25,887 nt of DNA, from positions 1 through 25,887 of IMG/VR virus record IMGVR_UViG_3300020045_001767. One strand, given 5' to 3'. The position numbers were made by a program, and so were the translations under genes. The notes beneath the pieces are model-generated. The model did no database searches, was not told the DNA's origin, and saw only the letters and a program-made list of their open reading frames with translations. This document shows, one piece after another, positions 15,401 through 23,997 of the stretch; position 1 is the first letter of the stretch; each line of letters begins with the position of its first letter. The DNA is from a virus (taxonomy: Duplodnaviria; Caudoviricetes).

Positions 15401-17275
15401 TTAACCTAAACTCAATGAACCTCCTAATCTTCTGTTTTTATCTAAAGTATTGCCTAATACTCCAATTAATGATTGACCGCTTATTTCAAATACTACTGTA
15501 CCGCCTTGAAACGATGAACCTCCGCTACTTGAACCTGTAGAAGATGAAGGACTTGAAACGCTTGCTCCTGTAGAAACTGAGCCTCCAGAGCCACCGCTTT
15601 TAGCTTTAGAACTAATTGCGCCACCAACAGCTTTTAATGCTACTCCGACCGCTATAGCTGCTAGACCTGCTCCAATAGATAATGGACCACCTGCTGCAAT
15701 TGCTAAATCTAATTTACCTTTAACTACTGCTAATGTACCATACTGAATTAACATACCTCCCATTTCAGAAAGGAATTTACCTAAACTTTGAAGCAAACTT
15801 GTTCCAATAGCAGCGAAAACATTACCTCCTGTAGCTAATGCTTCACCAATTGAAGTGCCTAATTGACTAAAAGTATCAGCTATACTTCCCGTTATTAGTT
15901 CGTTCATATCAGCGTTAAGTTGTTGCAATATCTCCAACATATGTGCCCCACTTGTATCGAATGCCACATTTATGTTACCCATTGAAGTGGTAATCATTCC
16001 CTCAGCACCTTGAACATTTTTAGCAATTTGAAGTACTTTACCTCCTGTTTCTGCTAATCCTGTTGGCGTAACTGTTGCACCTAAACCTGATACTTGTGGC
16101 GTAACTCCAACTGCACCCGTTTTAACTCCTTTTGGTTTTACTGATTCTAATTTTATAGAAGCAGCTATACTTTTTTCTAAACTATCGGTTAATTTATCCT
16201 GCTGAGTCCTGTTATTTTGTAAGTTAACAGAAAGACCTTGTAATGTTTTTGAATATTGAAACGCTGCTAAAGCTATTTTTTCAGTTTTACTTAATGCATT
16301 AGCATTTCCTTTATTTAGTTCTCCTACTAAATCTATTTCGCCTCTTAACTGCTTATTTAAAATTACAGCTGATTCAAACGCTTCTTTTTTAGACAATTTA
16401 TAAAGCCTAAACATTTCAGCTATTGACGCATTAACTTTGTTTTGTATCTTTTCTTCTTCTTCTGATAACGCTACTATTCTATCGGTTAATGCTGTTGCTT
16501 TTGCTTTTGCAATTAACGCTTTTGTTACGCCTCTTACAGCAGTAGCTACATTTCCGTTAAGTATTTCCTCTTTGGTTAAATTACCAAAATATGCGGGATA
16601 TTCGTCTTGCAGTTTTTTGACAGCTAATAATCTATCGTTCATTGAAAGATTAATATTTTTAGCTGCTGCAACATAAGCCGATACAGATGATATTTGAGCC
16701 TGTGAGTTCTTAACAGCTTCAACATTCATTTCTTGCATAGACCTTTTAGCTACATCGAAATTACCTGTCAATTTATTAAAAACATCGCCAACGGTTAAGC
16801 CATTCTGAGCCATATAAGTTAAGCCCGTAGTAACCAAAGAAACAGCTAATAATATACCTCCACTTCCCATTATAGAGCTAGCCATAGCTTTTAAAGCAGA
16901 ACCTGTGCTTCCTGTACTATTCTTTAAATGTCCAAATGCTTCAACTGTAGCTGTAATATTGTTACCAATACCCATTATGCCAAATGGTGCATCTTGTGCA
17001 ATGCGTGAAAACTGCATTAATGCATTACCACCCGTAACTACTTTTGGAGCGAAGTCTTTAGAAAAAGAAGTTCCTGCATCTTTAGCAGTAGTTCTCAAGT
17101 CCATTAAAGACTTTTTAGCATCTTTAATTTTAGCGGTTATTTCTCTTGTGTCAAGCCCAAGTTTTATTTGCGCCTGTTTTTCTTTAGCTAATTGTTTAAC
17201 ATCATATTCGACTTCTTTAATTTTCTTGTCAAAGTCTGATTTATCTGCTCCAATTTGTACCTCTAATCCTGCCAT
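15401..17275 (-). CDS. Tail tape measure protein (624 aa)
   Basis: Ala/Gly-rich helical protein with RIAQDAPFG motif and hydrophobic segments; follows the tail chaperones. Confidence 0.88.
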   Translation of the reverse strand: MAGLEVQIGADKSDFDKKIKEVEYDVKQLAKEKQAQIKLGLDTREITAKIKDAKKSLMDLRTTAKDAGTSFSKDFAPKVVTGGNALMQFSRIAQDAPFGIMGIGNNITATVEAFGHLKNSTGSTGSALKAMASSIMGSGGILLAVSLVTTGLTYMAQNGLTVGDVFNKLTGNFDVAKRSMQEMNVEAVKNSQAQISSVSAYVAAAKNINLSMNDRLLAVKKLQDEYPAYFGNLTKEEILNGNVATAVRGVTKALIAKAKATALTDRIVALSEEEEKIQNKVNASIAEMFRLYKLSKKEAFESAVILNKQLRGEIDLVGELNKGNANALSKTEKIALAAFQYSKTLQGLSVNLQNNRTQQDKLTDSLEKSIAASIKLESVKPKGVKTGAVGVTPQVSGLGATVTPTGLAETGGKVLQIAKNVQGAEGMITTSMGNINVAFDTSGAHMLEILQQLNADMNELITGSIADTFSQLGTSIGEALATGGNVFAAIGTSLLQSLGKFLSEMGGMLIQYGTLAVVKGKLDLAIAAGGPLSIGAGLAAIAVGVALKAVGGAISSKAKSGGSGGSVSTGASVSSPSSSTGSSSGGSSFQGGTVVFEISGQSLIGVLGNTLDKNRRLGGSLSLG

Positions 17276-17547
17276 TATTGAATGTTTTTTAAGTATTTTG
17301 CATATTCCTGTAAGAATCTTTCTTTTTGAATGTCAGAGACTCCTTTTTGCTGAGTTTTACCACCCGATAAATCCATAAACTTATCTATGTTTTTAGGTAG
17401 TTTTTTATAATCTTGGTGAGGTGCTATTAAAGCATTATAAGCAACCAACCTAAACTTTTTCCAATCTTCTAACTGCATACGTTTATAAGCAAAAAGGCGA
17501 ATTTGGAACTCTGCAAAAGTCATGTCATAAACATCGCTCAATCGCAT
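17275..17547 (-). CDS. Tail assembly chaperone, C-terminal (gpT-like) frame reached by -1 frameshift
   Basis: Frame is open upstream of the ATG back to the A9 run at 17613-17621. Confidence 0.75.
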   Translation of the reverse strand: MRLSDVYDMTFAEFQIRLFAYKRMQLEDWKKFRLVAYNALIAPHQDYKKLPKNIDKFMDLSGGKTQQKGVSDIQKERFLQEYAKYLKNIQ

Positions 17548-17594
17548 AATTCCAAGTTCGCCACAAGCAAAAGAAATAACATCTTTTTTGAAAT

Positions 17595-17927
17595 CTATTT
17601 CACTGCTTTCACTTTTTTTTTATCCGTATCTACAGGCACATCTTTAAACATAGACTCGTTAAAAGCTATCTTAAAATCAAACCAAAATTTGCCTCCAATA
17701 CCTCCGTTTTCATCAATTAAATCGAATATATCAATCTTTGTAAAATCAATTTCTTTACCTTCTCTTTTGCAAGCATATAAACGGGAATAATACATTATCT
17801 TAGGCATTAACACCTCGTCTGTTTGCGTGCCTAATTCGTCAAGTTTTAAACCTGTTCCTTCCAATAACTCATTAAGGAATCCTATTCCAAAATGAAAATC
17901 TATACCTAGCAAGTTTTTCTTATTCAT
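17595..17927 (-). CDS. Tail assembly chaperone (gpG-like)
   Basis: Between tail tube and tape measure; slippery A9 near the 3' end. Confidence 0.75.
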   Translation of the reverse strand: MNKKNLLGIDFHFGIGFLNELLEGTGLKLDELGTQTDEVLMPKIMYYSRLYACKREGKEIDFTKIDIFDLIDENGGIGGKFWFDFKIAFNESMFKDVPVDTDKKKVKAVK

Positions 17928-17931
17928 GTTT

Positions 17932-18372
17932 TTATGCTTCTGGATCTACTGTTGCAACTGCTCCGCTACCTTCTAAAGTAATAGAAAAAGTACTTAGTTC
18001 GTCTCCTGCTCCTTGGTCTAATGGTAAATCAGTAATAATAGCATTACCATAGTAAATAACTCCCGTAACTCCTGTATCTAATTTCCAAACTATTGGAAGT
18101 TTAGCAACCATTTTAGTAAACAAGAAATCATGTGACGCTTTTGTAATCTCACCTCCTACAGATGTAGTATCGATATACTCGCCTTCCGCATCTAATGTAT
18201 AGGTAAAAATACCAGCTTGCTTAATTGTAACTCCCGGATCACATTTTGTATTTGATTCAATAACAGAAACAGAAGGGCTGAAACTATTTGAAGTTAAACA
18301 AGCTATTGGGCGGTATATTGTACCATCATGTACGTATAGAATACCTAATTCTCCTTTAATTGGTGTTGACAT
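17932..18372 (-). CDS. Major tail tube protein (146 aa)
   Basis: Position, size and C-terminal STFSITLEGSG motif. Confidence 0.82.
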   Translation of the reverse strand: MSTPIKGELGILYVHDGTIYRPIACLTSNSFSPSVSVIESNTKCDPGVTIKQAGIFTYTLDAEGEYIDTTSVGGEITKASHDFLFTKMVAKLPIVWKLDTGVTGVIYYGNAIITDLPLDQGAGDELSTFSITLEGSGAVATVDPEA

Positions 18373-18378
18373 AATATT

Positions 18379-18801
18379 TTATATTAGTGTTAAATTTAAT
18401 CTTAAAAATGAACGAAATATAATTTCCGTATCTGTTATTGTTTCTAATTGATTTTCAAATGTAATATTCTGCGTTAAGTTTGTAAATCCTATTACTGTTA
18501 TTTTTGGGCTTAACAATGTATAAATAGCTTGTTCAATATCATTTAATAACAATCTACTTCCTGTGTTGCCACTAGATGTTGATTTAGTATAAATCTCAAT
18601 TAATAATGATGTTGACCATCGATAATCACATTTAGTATTCTTTTCAACTTCTTTTGTCTGAGCATTTAACAAAACATACTCTAAAGGCGCATTTGTAGCC
18701 CTGCTATCGAAAGATTTTATAATCTTTGACGATACGACTATATTATTAATTAAGTCATGTACTGCCTTTCTAATGTATTTATCTGGGTTAACTGTTACCA
18801 T
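18379..18801 (-). CDS. Tail terminator/completion protein (140 aa)
   Basis: Canonical position upstream of the tail tube. Confidence 0.7.
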   Translation of the reverse strand: MVTVNPDKYIRKAVHDLINNIVVSSKIIKSFDSRATNAPLEYVLLNAQTKEVEKNTKCDYRWSTSLLIEIYTKSTSSGNTGSRLLLNDIEQAIYTLLSPKITVIGFTNLTQNITFENQLETITDTEIIFRSFLRLNLTLI

Positions 18802-18805
18802 TCTT

Positions 18806-18813
18806 CAAATATA
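18806..18813 (-). promoter_or_regulatory. -7 promoter box TATATTTG, 4 nt before the ATG
   Basis: Minus strand gTATATTTGaagaATG. Confidence 0.6.
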
Positions 18814-19335
18814 CTAAATTTTCTTATTCATTCTACTTAATAATTTTTCTAAGTTTTTAACGTAATCTTTTTTACCTTTAATCCAAGAAGGATATAAAAA
18901 AGGCTGTGGATTAACTCCTGCACCAAGTATTTTAGCAAATATAGGATAGGCAAATTTTTCATCTATTCCTTTTGCTCTACACCAAACTTTTATAGCTTCT
19001 AATCCTTGTTTAAAAGTTCCTTGTTTAGCACCTTTAAAACTATTTGCCATTTCTTTAAACTCGGAAGGAACATTAACCTTTGTGCCTGTCCCAAACTCCA
19101 TATAAGCACCGTATAATTCATTAACGGTAACTTTTCTTTGCAATGGTTTTGGTTTACTATGACTTATTGACTGAGCCAATTTACCAAAGTTTTTAGGAGC
19201 TAATTTCTTTGCGTCACCTTCAATCTGAAATGCTATAGCTTCGGTTTCTGCATCAATCATTTTATCAGCATCTTTACCGAACTTTCGTAATTCAGAAATA
19301 ACGCCTTGAACGCCTTTAACTCCCTGTGATGCCAT
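18814..19335 (-). CDS. HK97 gp10-like tail completion protein
   Basis: AKKLAP..G.LAQSI, YGAYMEFGT and PQPFLYP motifs. Confidence 0.88.
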   Translation of the reverse strand: MASQGVKGVQGVISELRKFGKDADKMIDAETEAIAFQIEGDAKKLAPKNFGKLAQSISHSKPKPLQRKVTVNELYGAYMEFGTGTKVNVPSEFKEMANSFKGAKQGTFKQGLEAIKVWCRAKGIDEKFAYPIFAKILGAGVNPQPFLYPSWIKGKKDYVKNLEKLLSRMNKKI

Positions 19336-19651
19336 TAGCTGTTATATTCGTTTCTCTAAATAATTCATCATTGTATCTAATATCATTTACAACATACTTT
19401 TTTGAACGGTACATTATAAATAAATTATCAATATTGCTTGGAGTTATTTTATCAGTAGAACGTATTTTAAAACTGTAATTGTTTTTAATATCACTCGCTC
19501 CTACTTGCGTATCTCTAAAAGCTGAATTTTGCTTAACTTCTGACCAAAACGAACCTATCAACACATCAGTAGGAATAGTACCTCCAAAACCATCAGCAGT
19601 AGATGTTGTTTGGTAGATTTGTATTTTACGGTTGTATTGTCTAGCTAGCAT
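19316..19651 (-). CDS. Head closure protein (SPP1 gp16-like head-tail adaptor)
   Basis: R.I.IYQ....DGFGG pattern, 111 aa, position. Confidence 0.82.
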   Translation of the reverse strand: MLARQYNRKIQIYQTTSTADGFGGTIPTDVLIGSFWSEVKQNSAFRDTQVGASDIKNNYSFKIRSTDKITPSNIDNLFIMYRSKKYVVNDIRYNDELFRETNITANGITGS

Positions 19652-19818
19652 AATGAAAGTATATATTTTCTTAATTTTTTATAATATTCTATAATCCCAA
19701 TATCAAGCCTTTCATTTCCATTTTCTTTCCAAGATTCAATTATCAAATCAAGCCCAACTAATGCGCTATACTTATCACCATTAAATCTATTTATTATGGT
19801 TTTAGCCTCTTCTTCCAT
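19645..19818 (-). CDS. Small hypothetical protein (57 aa), not in the ORF track
   Basis: MEEEAKTIINRFNGDKYSALVGLDLIIESWKENG...YILSLC*; fills the gap between connector and closure genes. Confidence 0.6.
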   Translation of the reverse strand: MEEEAKTIINRFNGDKYSALVGLDLIIESWKENGNERLDIGIIEYYKKLRKYILSLC

Positions 19819-19820
19819 AA

Positions 19821-20267
19821 CTATATAAACCTTTTATTAATATCAATTACTTGCATTACGCTTTCTGGAATCAAAGTAGTATTAACTTGCTTTTCGCTTT
19901 CGTAATACCAAACTTTAATCATTTGTAATCCTGCTTGTATTAAATCGTCAGGCACTTCATCAGCCCCGTAACCTACATTTAAAGTTACTGTTTTAACATC
20001 TGGATAAATAGTAAATAAAGTAAAATCTACTTTGAAAGGTGCTGGAACTGTTACGATTGAATTAATAGGATAATCATACACTTTTACTTGACAACTACCG
20101 TTATATACTTTCTCTTGCACAAACATAATGTGATTAGTTCGCTTTTCAATAAAACGTAATGCACCGTTAATCATTGAAGTTATTTCTAAATCCTCTCCAG
20201 TAAAACCTAAATCCATTTTAAGATAGTCTTTTGCACGCTCTAACGTTATAACATCTATGTAAGCCAT
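19821..20267 (-). CDS. Head-tail connector protein (HK97 gp6/SPP1 gp15-like)
   Basis: ITLERAKDYLK...VPDDLIQAGLQMIKVWYYE pattern. Confidence 0.88.
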   Translation of the reverse strand: MAYIDVITLERAKDYLKMDLGFTGEDLEITSMINGALRFIEKRTNHIMFVQEKVYNGSCQVKVYDYPINSIVTVPAPFKVDFTLFTIYPDVKTVTLNVGYGADEVPDDLIQAGLQMIKVWYYESEKQVNTTLIPESVMQVIDINKRFI

Positions 20268-20524
20268 TATTTTGCATAGTATTTAAAGACGAATCTTTTG
20301 TTAGTTTTTATTTCTTCTAATGTCATAAGTAAATCATCACCTATTAAATATTGTTTTTCTTTAAAATTAAAAGGCTTTAAACATCTACATCTATGGGTTT
20401 CAATTAAAGGTTCATTATCCCATACAGCAAGCCCTTTCTTTACTGCTCTTTCGTTTCTTTCTTGTCCTAAATCTTGAATGCTATCTATCGGCAAATTGCA
20501 TTTCTTTATGATTTTAATTTCCAT
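20267..20524 (-). CDS. Hypothetical protein (85 aa)
   Basis: ORF track; coupled to the connector gene. Confidence 0.7.
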   Translation of the reverse strand: MEIKIIKKCNLPIDSIQDLGQERNERAVKKGLAVWDNEPLIETHRCRCLKPFNFKEKQYLIGDDLLMTLEEIKTNKRFVFKYYAK

Positions 20525-20543
20525 AGTGTAAAATTTATTTATA

Positions 20544-20592
20544 CAAATATAGTTAAAAATAATTGTGTATTAAAAATATAATTATATATTTG
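20544..20592. promoter_or_regulatory. Divergent -7 promoter boxes (TATATTTG on minus 20544-20551 and on plus 20585-20592)
   Basis: Two exact TAnnTTTG matches, back to back between divergent gene groups. Confidence 0.65.
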
Positions 20593-20598
20593 CTCTAT

Positions 20599-20691
20599 AG
20601 TTACGGTCTGAAACTTGGTAACTGAAAAACATTAGCCTTTTAATTTGAGTAAAGCATCAGACCCTTTACAATATAATTGAAAGGCATTTTT
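20599..20691 (+). promoter_or_regulatory. Structured 5' leader with two hairpins whose loops are complementary
   Basis: agttac/gtaact stem with loop GGTCTGA; gccttttaatt..gtaaag/ctttac..aattgaaaggc stem with loop TCAGACC, followed by a T-run. Confidence 0.6.
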
Positions 20692-20704
20692 AATTTATAT
20701 AATT

Positions 20705-20968
20705 ATGAGCGCATCTGAAAAAAGATTGTTTAGAGGACAACAAAAATTAACTCCTGAAATATACAAACTGTATAAAGATAGGGTTGAATTAGATTTCATT
20801 ATAAAATCTTTACGTGAGATTCCTATCGACAAACTTAAAAAACTAACAGGCTTTGAAGCAACAGACCCTTATGACGGAAAAGTACCTGATAGCATGGCGG
20901 ATTCACAATATAGGGATTCATTGATGAGACTAGGAGTAATTGAATTTAGAATGGAGATATTAATTTAA
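20705..20968 (+). CDS. Moron hypothetical protein (87 aa)
   Basis: Plus-strand ORF after its own promoter and leader. Confidence 0.75.
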   Translation: MSASEKRLFRGQQKLTPEIYKLYKDRVELDFIIKSLREIPIDKLKKLTGFEATDPYDGKVPDSMADSQYRDSLMRLGVIEFRMEILI

Positions 20969-20980
20969 TAAAAAATAATT

Positions 20981-21139
20981 ATGAAAAAAATAAAATCATT
21001 TATACAAAGAGAATTATTCATTTTAAAGCTAAATAAAGCTACTAAAAACAAAGTTTTATTTCAGTTTTTAGAAGATAACGGACACTACATTGTTAAAGAA
21101 GACGGTGGTATAATATATAAAATGCCAGAATTTAAATAA
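20981..21139 (+). CDS. Moron hypothetical protein (52 aa), not in the ORF track
   Basis: MKKIKSFIQRELFILKLNK...YKMPEFK*; A-rich start context, fills the gap. Confidence 0.65.
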   Translation: MKKIKSFIQRELFILKLNKATKNKVLFQFLEDNGHYIVKEDGGIIYKMPEFK

Positions 21140-21147
21140 CAATAACT

Positions 21148-21372
21148 ATGAAAAATTTAAGACTAAATATGATTCAGTATTCATTTGTAGATAAAATAAA
21201 AAAGCATCCGCAAGAATTTATAAATGATTTAGGTATAACTTATAAAAAATGTGAACCAATGCCTATTGGTGATTGTTGGTTGTTTTTTGATTGCAAAAAC
21301 ATACCTAATGAATTACCTAGTTTTATAGAAATTATAGAAAATAAAAAACCCTTGCATTACTACAAGGGTTAA
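21148..21372 (+). CDS. Moron hypothetical protein (74 aa)
   Basis: ORF track; its 3' end runs through the capsid terminator. Confidence 0.7.
   Translation: MKNLRLNMIQYSFVDKIKKHPQEFINDLGITYKKCEPMPIGDCWLFFDCKNIPNELPSFIEIIENKKPLHYYKG
21343..21370 (-). terminator. Intrinsic terminator after the major capsid gene
   Basis: A6-cccttg..caagggtt; same stem sequence as 5114-5144. Confidence 0.8.
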
Positions 21373-21400
21373 AAAACCAAAAAACTATGAAAGAAAAAAA

Positions 21401-22540
21401 CTATGCTACGTTTCCGAAATCTCCTAAGATAAACGCTGTTGGCATATCAATCCCAAGAACAACTCTTTGCTCAATACGAGCGGTGATTAAGTTCTTAGTA
21501 ACGTTGTCAGCATCTTGTTCAAAGAACTCAACAGCTAATCCATCAACTGCAATTTTCTTAGCATAAGACCAGTCACCCATTAAATATTTATCTACAGGCA
21601 TCCATGACGCTTTATAAACAGGCACTCCATTAATTGCTAATCTACCGTTAACGAATGTTACGATACCTGGCAAAGAATAATCATTAGGTTTAGTAATTGC
21701 AATATTAGCCCAATCTTTAGGGTTCAATACAATTCCTGTTACATCATAATCAATAGATTCCAAAGAACCCATGTCGTCAACCAATTGCTCTACGTCAACT
21801 GTTTTTGCAGTAGTTGAAGCGGTTGCTGCAGCAGCCAAAGCAGTATAAAACTGTAAATTCTCAGCTTTAAAATAATCTCTACGTAATGCGGTAGGCAAAA
21901 ATGATTGCAAGAATGGTAAGTCTTGAGCCATTTGTTTACTGTAACGTGTGAAACCAGATAAGTAAGCAGCGTTAAAAGTAACCGCTGTTAAATCGTAATC
22001 TTTTTGTGATTTACTTGCTCCCTCTGTTTGAGTAGAAATAGAACCTTCAGCCCCTGTTTCACGGTAAATAACATAAATACCAGTTGCACTATTTACTGTT
22101 GGTACTAAATCAGAAAAGTTAATTTTTTGACTTGGAACAATTGAAACACCATCCTGAACCGTAGCTACCGCTGAACCTGTTAGGTTTGTTGCAATAGTCA
22201 TGTTTCCAACTGCTTTAGTCTCAATCCTTGCGCTTCTACCTTTAGTTACTTTTGATACTGAATCAAAGTTATCTTTTAACTCAGCTTGTAAAATAGCATC
22301 ATAAGATTTAGTTTCAGTTTCCGTTCCCTTTTCTTGAAGTTTCAAATCAAGTTTATCAGCGTGTGCTTGAATAGCTGTTAAATCAGCTTTTAATGCCAAT
22401 ATATCAGCATCTTTTTCTGATTTCATTTTAGTTTCTAAGGCTTCAATAAGTCCTTTTACTTCTGCTGTTTGCTCTGTTGCTTTTGTATCAACTTGTGCTT
22501 TAATGCCCTCTAAGGCTGTTTTAATTTCTAATGCTTCCAT
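21401..22540 (-). CDS. HK97-fold major capsid protein
   Basis: N-terminal coiled-coil delta domain; GIVLNPKDW, INGVPV, MGDWS and KNLITARIEQR motifs. Confidence 0.95.
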   Translation of the reverse strand: MEALEIKTALEGIKAQVDTKATEQTAEVKGLIEALETKMKSEKDADILALKADLTAIQAHADKLDLKLQEKGTETETKSYDAILQAELKDNFDSVSKVTKGRSARIETKAVGNMTIATNLTGSAVATVQDGVSIVPSQKINFSDLVPTVNSATGIYVIYRETGAEGSISTQTEGASKSQKDYDLTAVTFNAAYLSGFTRYSKQMAQDLPFLQSFLPTALRRDYFKAENLQFYTALAAAATASTTAKTVDVEQLVDDMGSLESIDYDVTGIVLNPKDWANIAITKPNDYSLPGIVTFVNGRLAINGVPVYKASWMPVDKYLMGDWSYAKKIAVDGLAVEFFEQDADNVTKNLITARIEQRVVLGIDMPTAFILGDFGNVA

Positions 22541-22567
22541 TGTGTGTTGTTGTGTTGTTGTTTGTAA

Positions 22568-23398
22568 TTAAATTTTAAATCCCTTCAATAAATCAAATAT
22601 AAGCGGCTCATTCAAAGTGTCAGTTTCTAACGACTTCTTGCTAAGTGCTTTCATTATTTCAATCTCTTTCGACTGAGATGTGATAATATCTTTAGACATT
22701 TTTACTAACGTATTATTCTTTAGTAAACTTTCATATTTTTTAGCCATTTTAATAGCTGCCTCGTGATGTGGTATCATCATATCAATAAACTCCATATCCT
22801 TGTCGTCTTGCTCATCCATTTGAGCCATTTTCAACAGCGTTTCAATAGTTCTTAATCTCTCATCCGAATAATCTAAATTGTATGCTTTTTGTACCAATTC
22901 CATTATGCCATAATGAGATTGTATGCTTTTAATACCTTGTACAGTACTTAGTTCATTTGCTCCCCATGAAGAAAGAAAAGAGTACTCCATTAACTTATAT
23001 TCAGTAATAATGCTTTTATTCTTTTGATCCCTTTGTAAAACATTATATCCTATGCTTAATTCAGCGTTTAATCCAGAAGTATGCATAAGTTGAATATCAG
23101 TAAATAAGTCTTTACCTAATGGTTTGTTTAAGTTGAATTGCGTAGTTGTAAGTAACCCATAAGTATCTTTAGTATTTATTTCTAAAGGTATTCCAACCAT
23201 CATTGTTGGATTATGATCTTTCAAAACTCTAATCCTTTTGTAATTCTCGCTTACTGTTTTTTCAAAACTACCGTAAGCAGATATATCACCGTCGCTATCT
23301 TTAAAGTTATATGCGTTAGCATAAGCTACAATAATACCTTTAGATTGGTCTAAATCTTTTACATCAATAGATAACTGTTTAAAACCCGTATTTGTCAT
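22568..23398 (-). CDS. HK97 family prohead protease with DUF305-like insertion
   Basis: GIIVAYANAY..DSDGD, LKDH, LSIGY, LMEYS...GAN motifs; insert FIDMMIPHHEAAIKMA. Confidence 0.9.
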   Translation of the reverse strand: MTNTGFKQLSIDVKDLDQSKGIIVAYANAYNFKDSDGDISAYGSFEKTVSENYKRIRVLKDHNPTMMVGIPLEINTKDTYGLLTTTQFNLNKPLGKDLFTDIQLMHTSGLNAELSIGYNVLQRDQKNKSIITEYKLMEYSFLSSWGANELSTVQGIKSIQSHYGIMELVQKAYNLDYSDERLRTIETLLKMAQMDEQDDKDMEFIDMMIPHHEAAIKMAKKYESLLKNNTLVKMSKDIITSQSKEIEIMKALSKKSLETDTLNEPLIFDLLKGFKI

Positions 23399-23400
23399 GC

Positions 23401-23997
23401 TTATTTATTTAATTTATTAGCTAATGCAATTGCTTTTCTAGTTATAGACATTTTTAATTTAGTTTCTTCGCTTGCTTTTCTACCTATTGCTTTTAAAGCT
23501 ATTTTATCTTTAGTTTCTTGAGATAAAGTACATCCTAATCTAGAAGCCGTACCTTTTCTATTTCTGCTCATTAATTCAATACTTTCTTTAGTATGCTTTC
23601 TACCTAACATTGATCTTGAATTTGAGTCTGTTAATTTTTGTCTGTGTTCTTTTGTAATTATTTTCTTTTTAGCAGATTCCGACATCTTAAATTTTGATTC
23701 CTCTGAAAAATAACCTGACTTATCTTTTGTCGTAGTTAGTCTGCAATTCAAACCACCATTAGTAACGTTATATTTATCTTGCCAAAATCTTTCTCTATCA
23801 CTAAGTAATTCAACTAAACATTCTTCAACTACTTCAAACGAATGATTTTCTACACCGTATTTTTTAAATGACCTATTTAATCTAACTTGACTTTTAGAAT
23901 CTTTATTTTTATAGTCATTCCATCTATAATTAATGTCAACAGATTGACCGATATAAACTCTATTTGTTGGACTCGTTATCTTATAAATACCTATCAT
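23401..23997 (-). CDS. GIY-YIG homing endonuclease with NUMOD3-like repeats
   Basis: GIYKIT...VYIGQS...R N-terminus; SEESKFKMS, HTKESIELMS and SEETKLKMS repeats. Confidence 0.92.
   Translation of the reverse strand: MIGIYKITSPTNRVYIGQSVDINYRWNDYKNKDSKSQVRLNRSFKKYGVENHSFEVVEECLVELLSDRERFWQDKYNVTNGGLNCRLTTTKDKSGYFSEESKFKMSESAKKKIITKEHRQKLTDSNSRSMLGRKHTKESIELMSRNRKGTASRLGCTLSQETKDKIALKAIGRKASEETKLKMSITRKAIALANKLNK

Noticed and set aside
23401-23997. Group I intron around the GIY-YIG gene
   Set aside because: There is no non-coding flank for a ribozyme core, and both neighbouring genes look complete.
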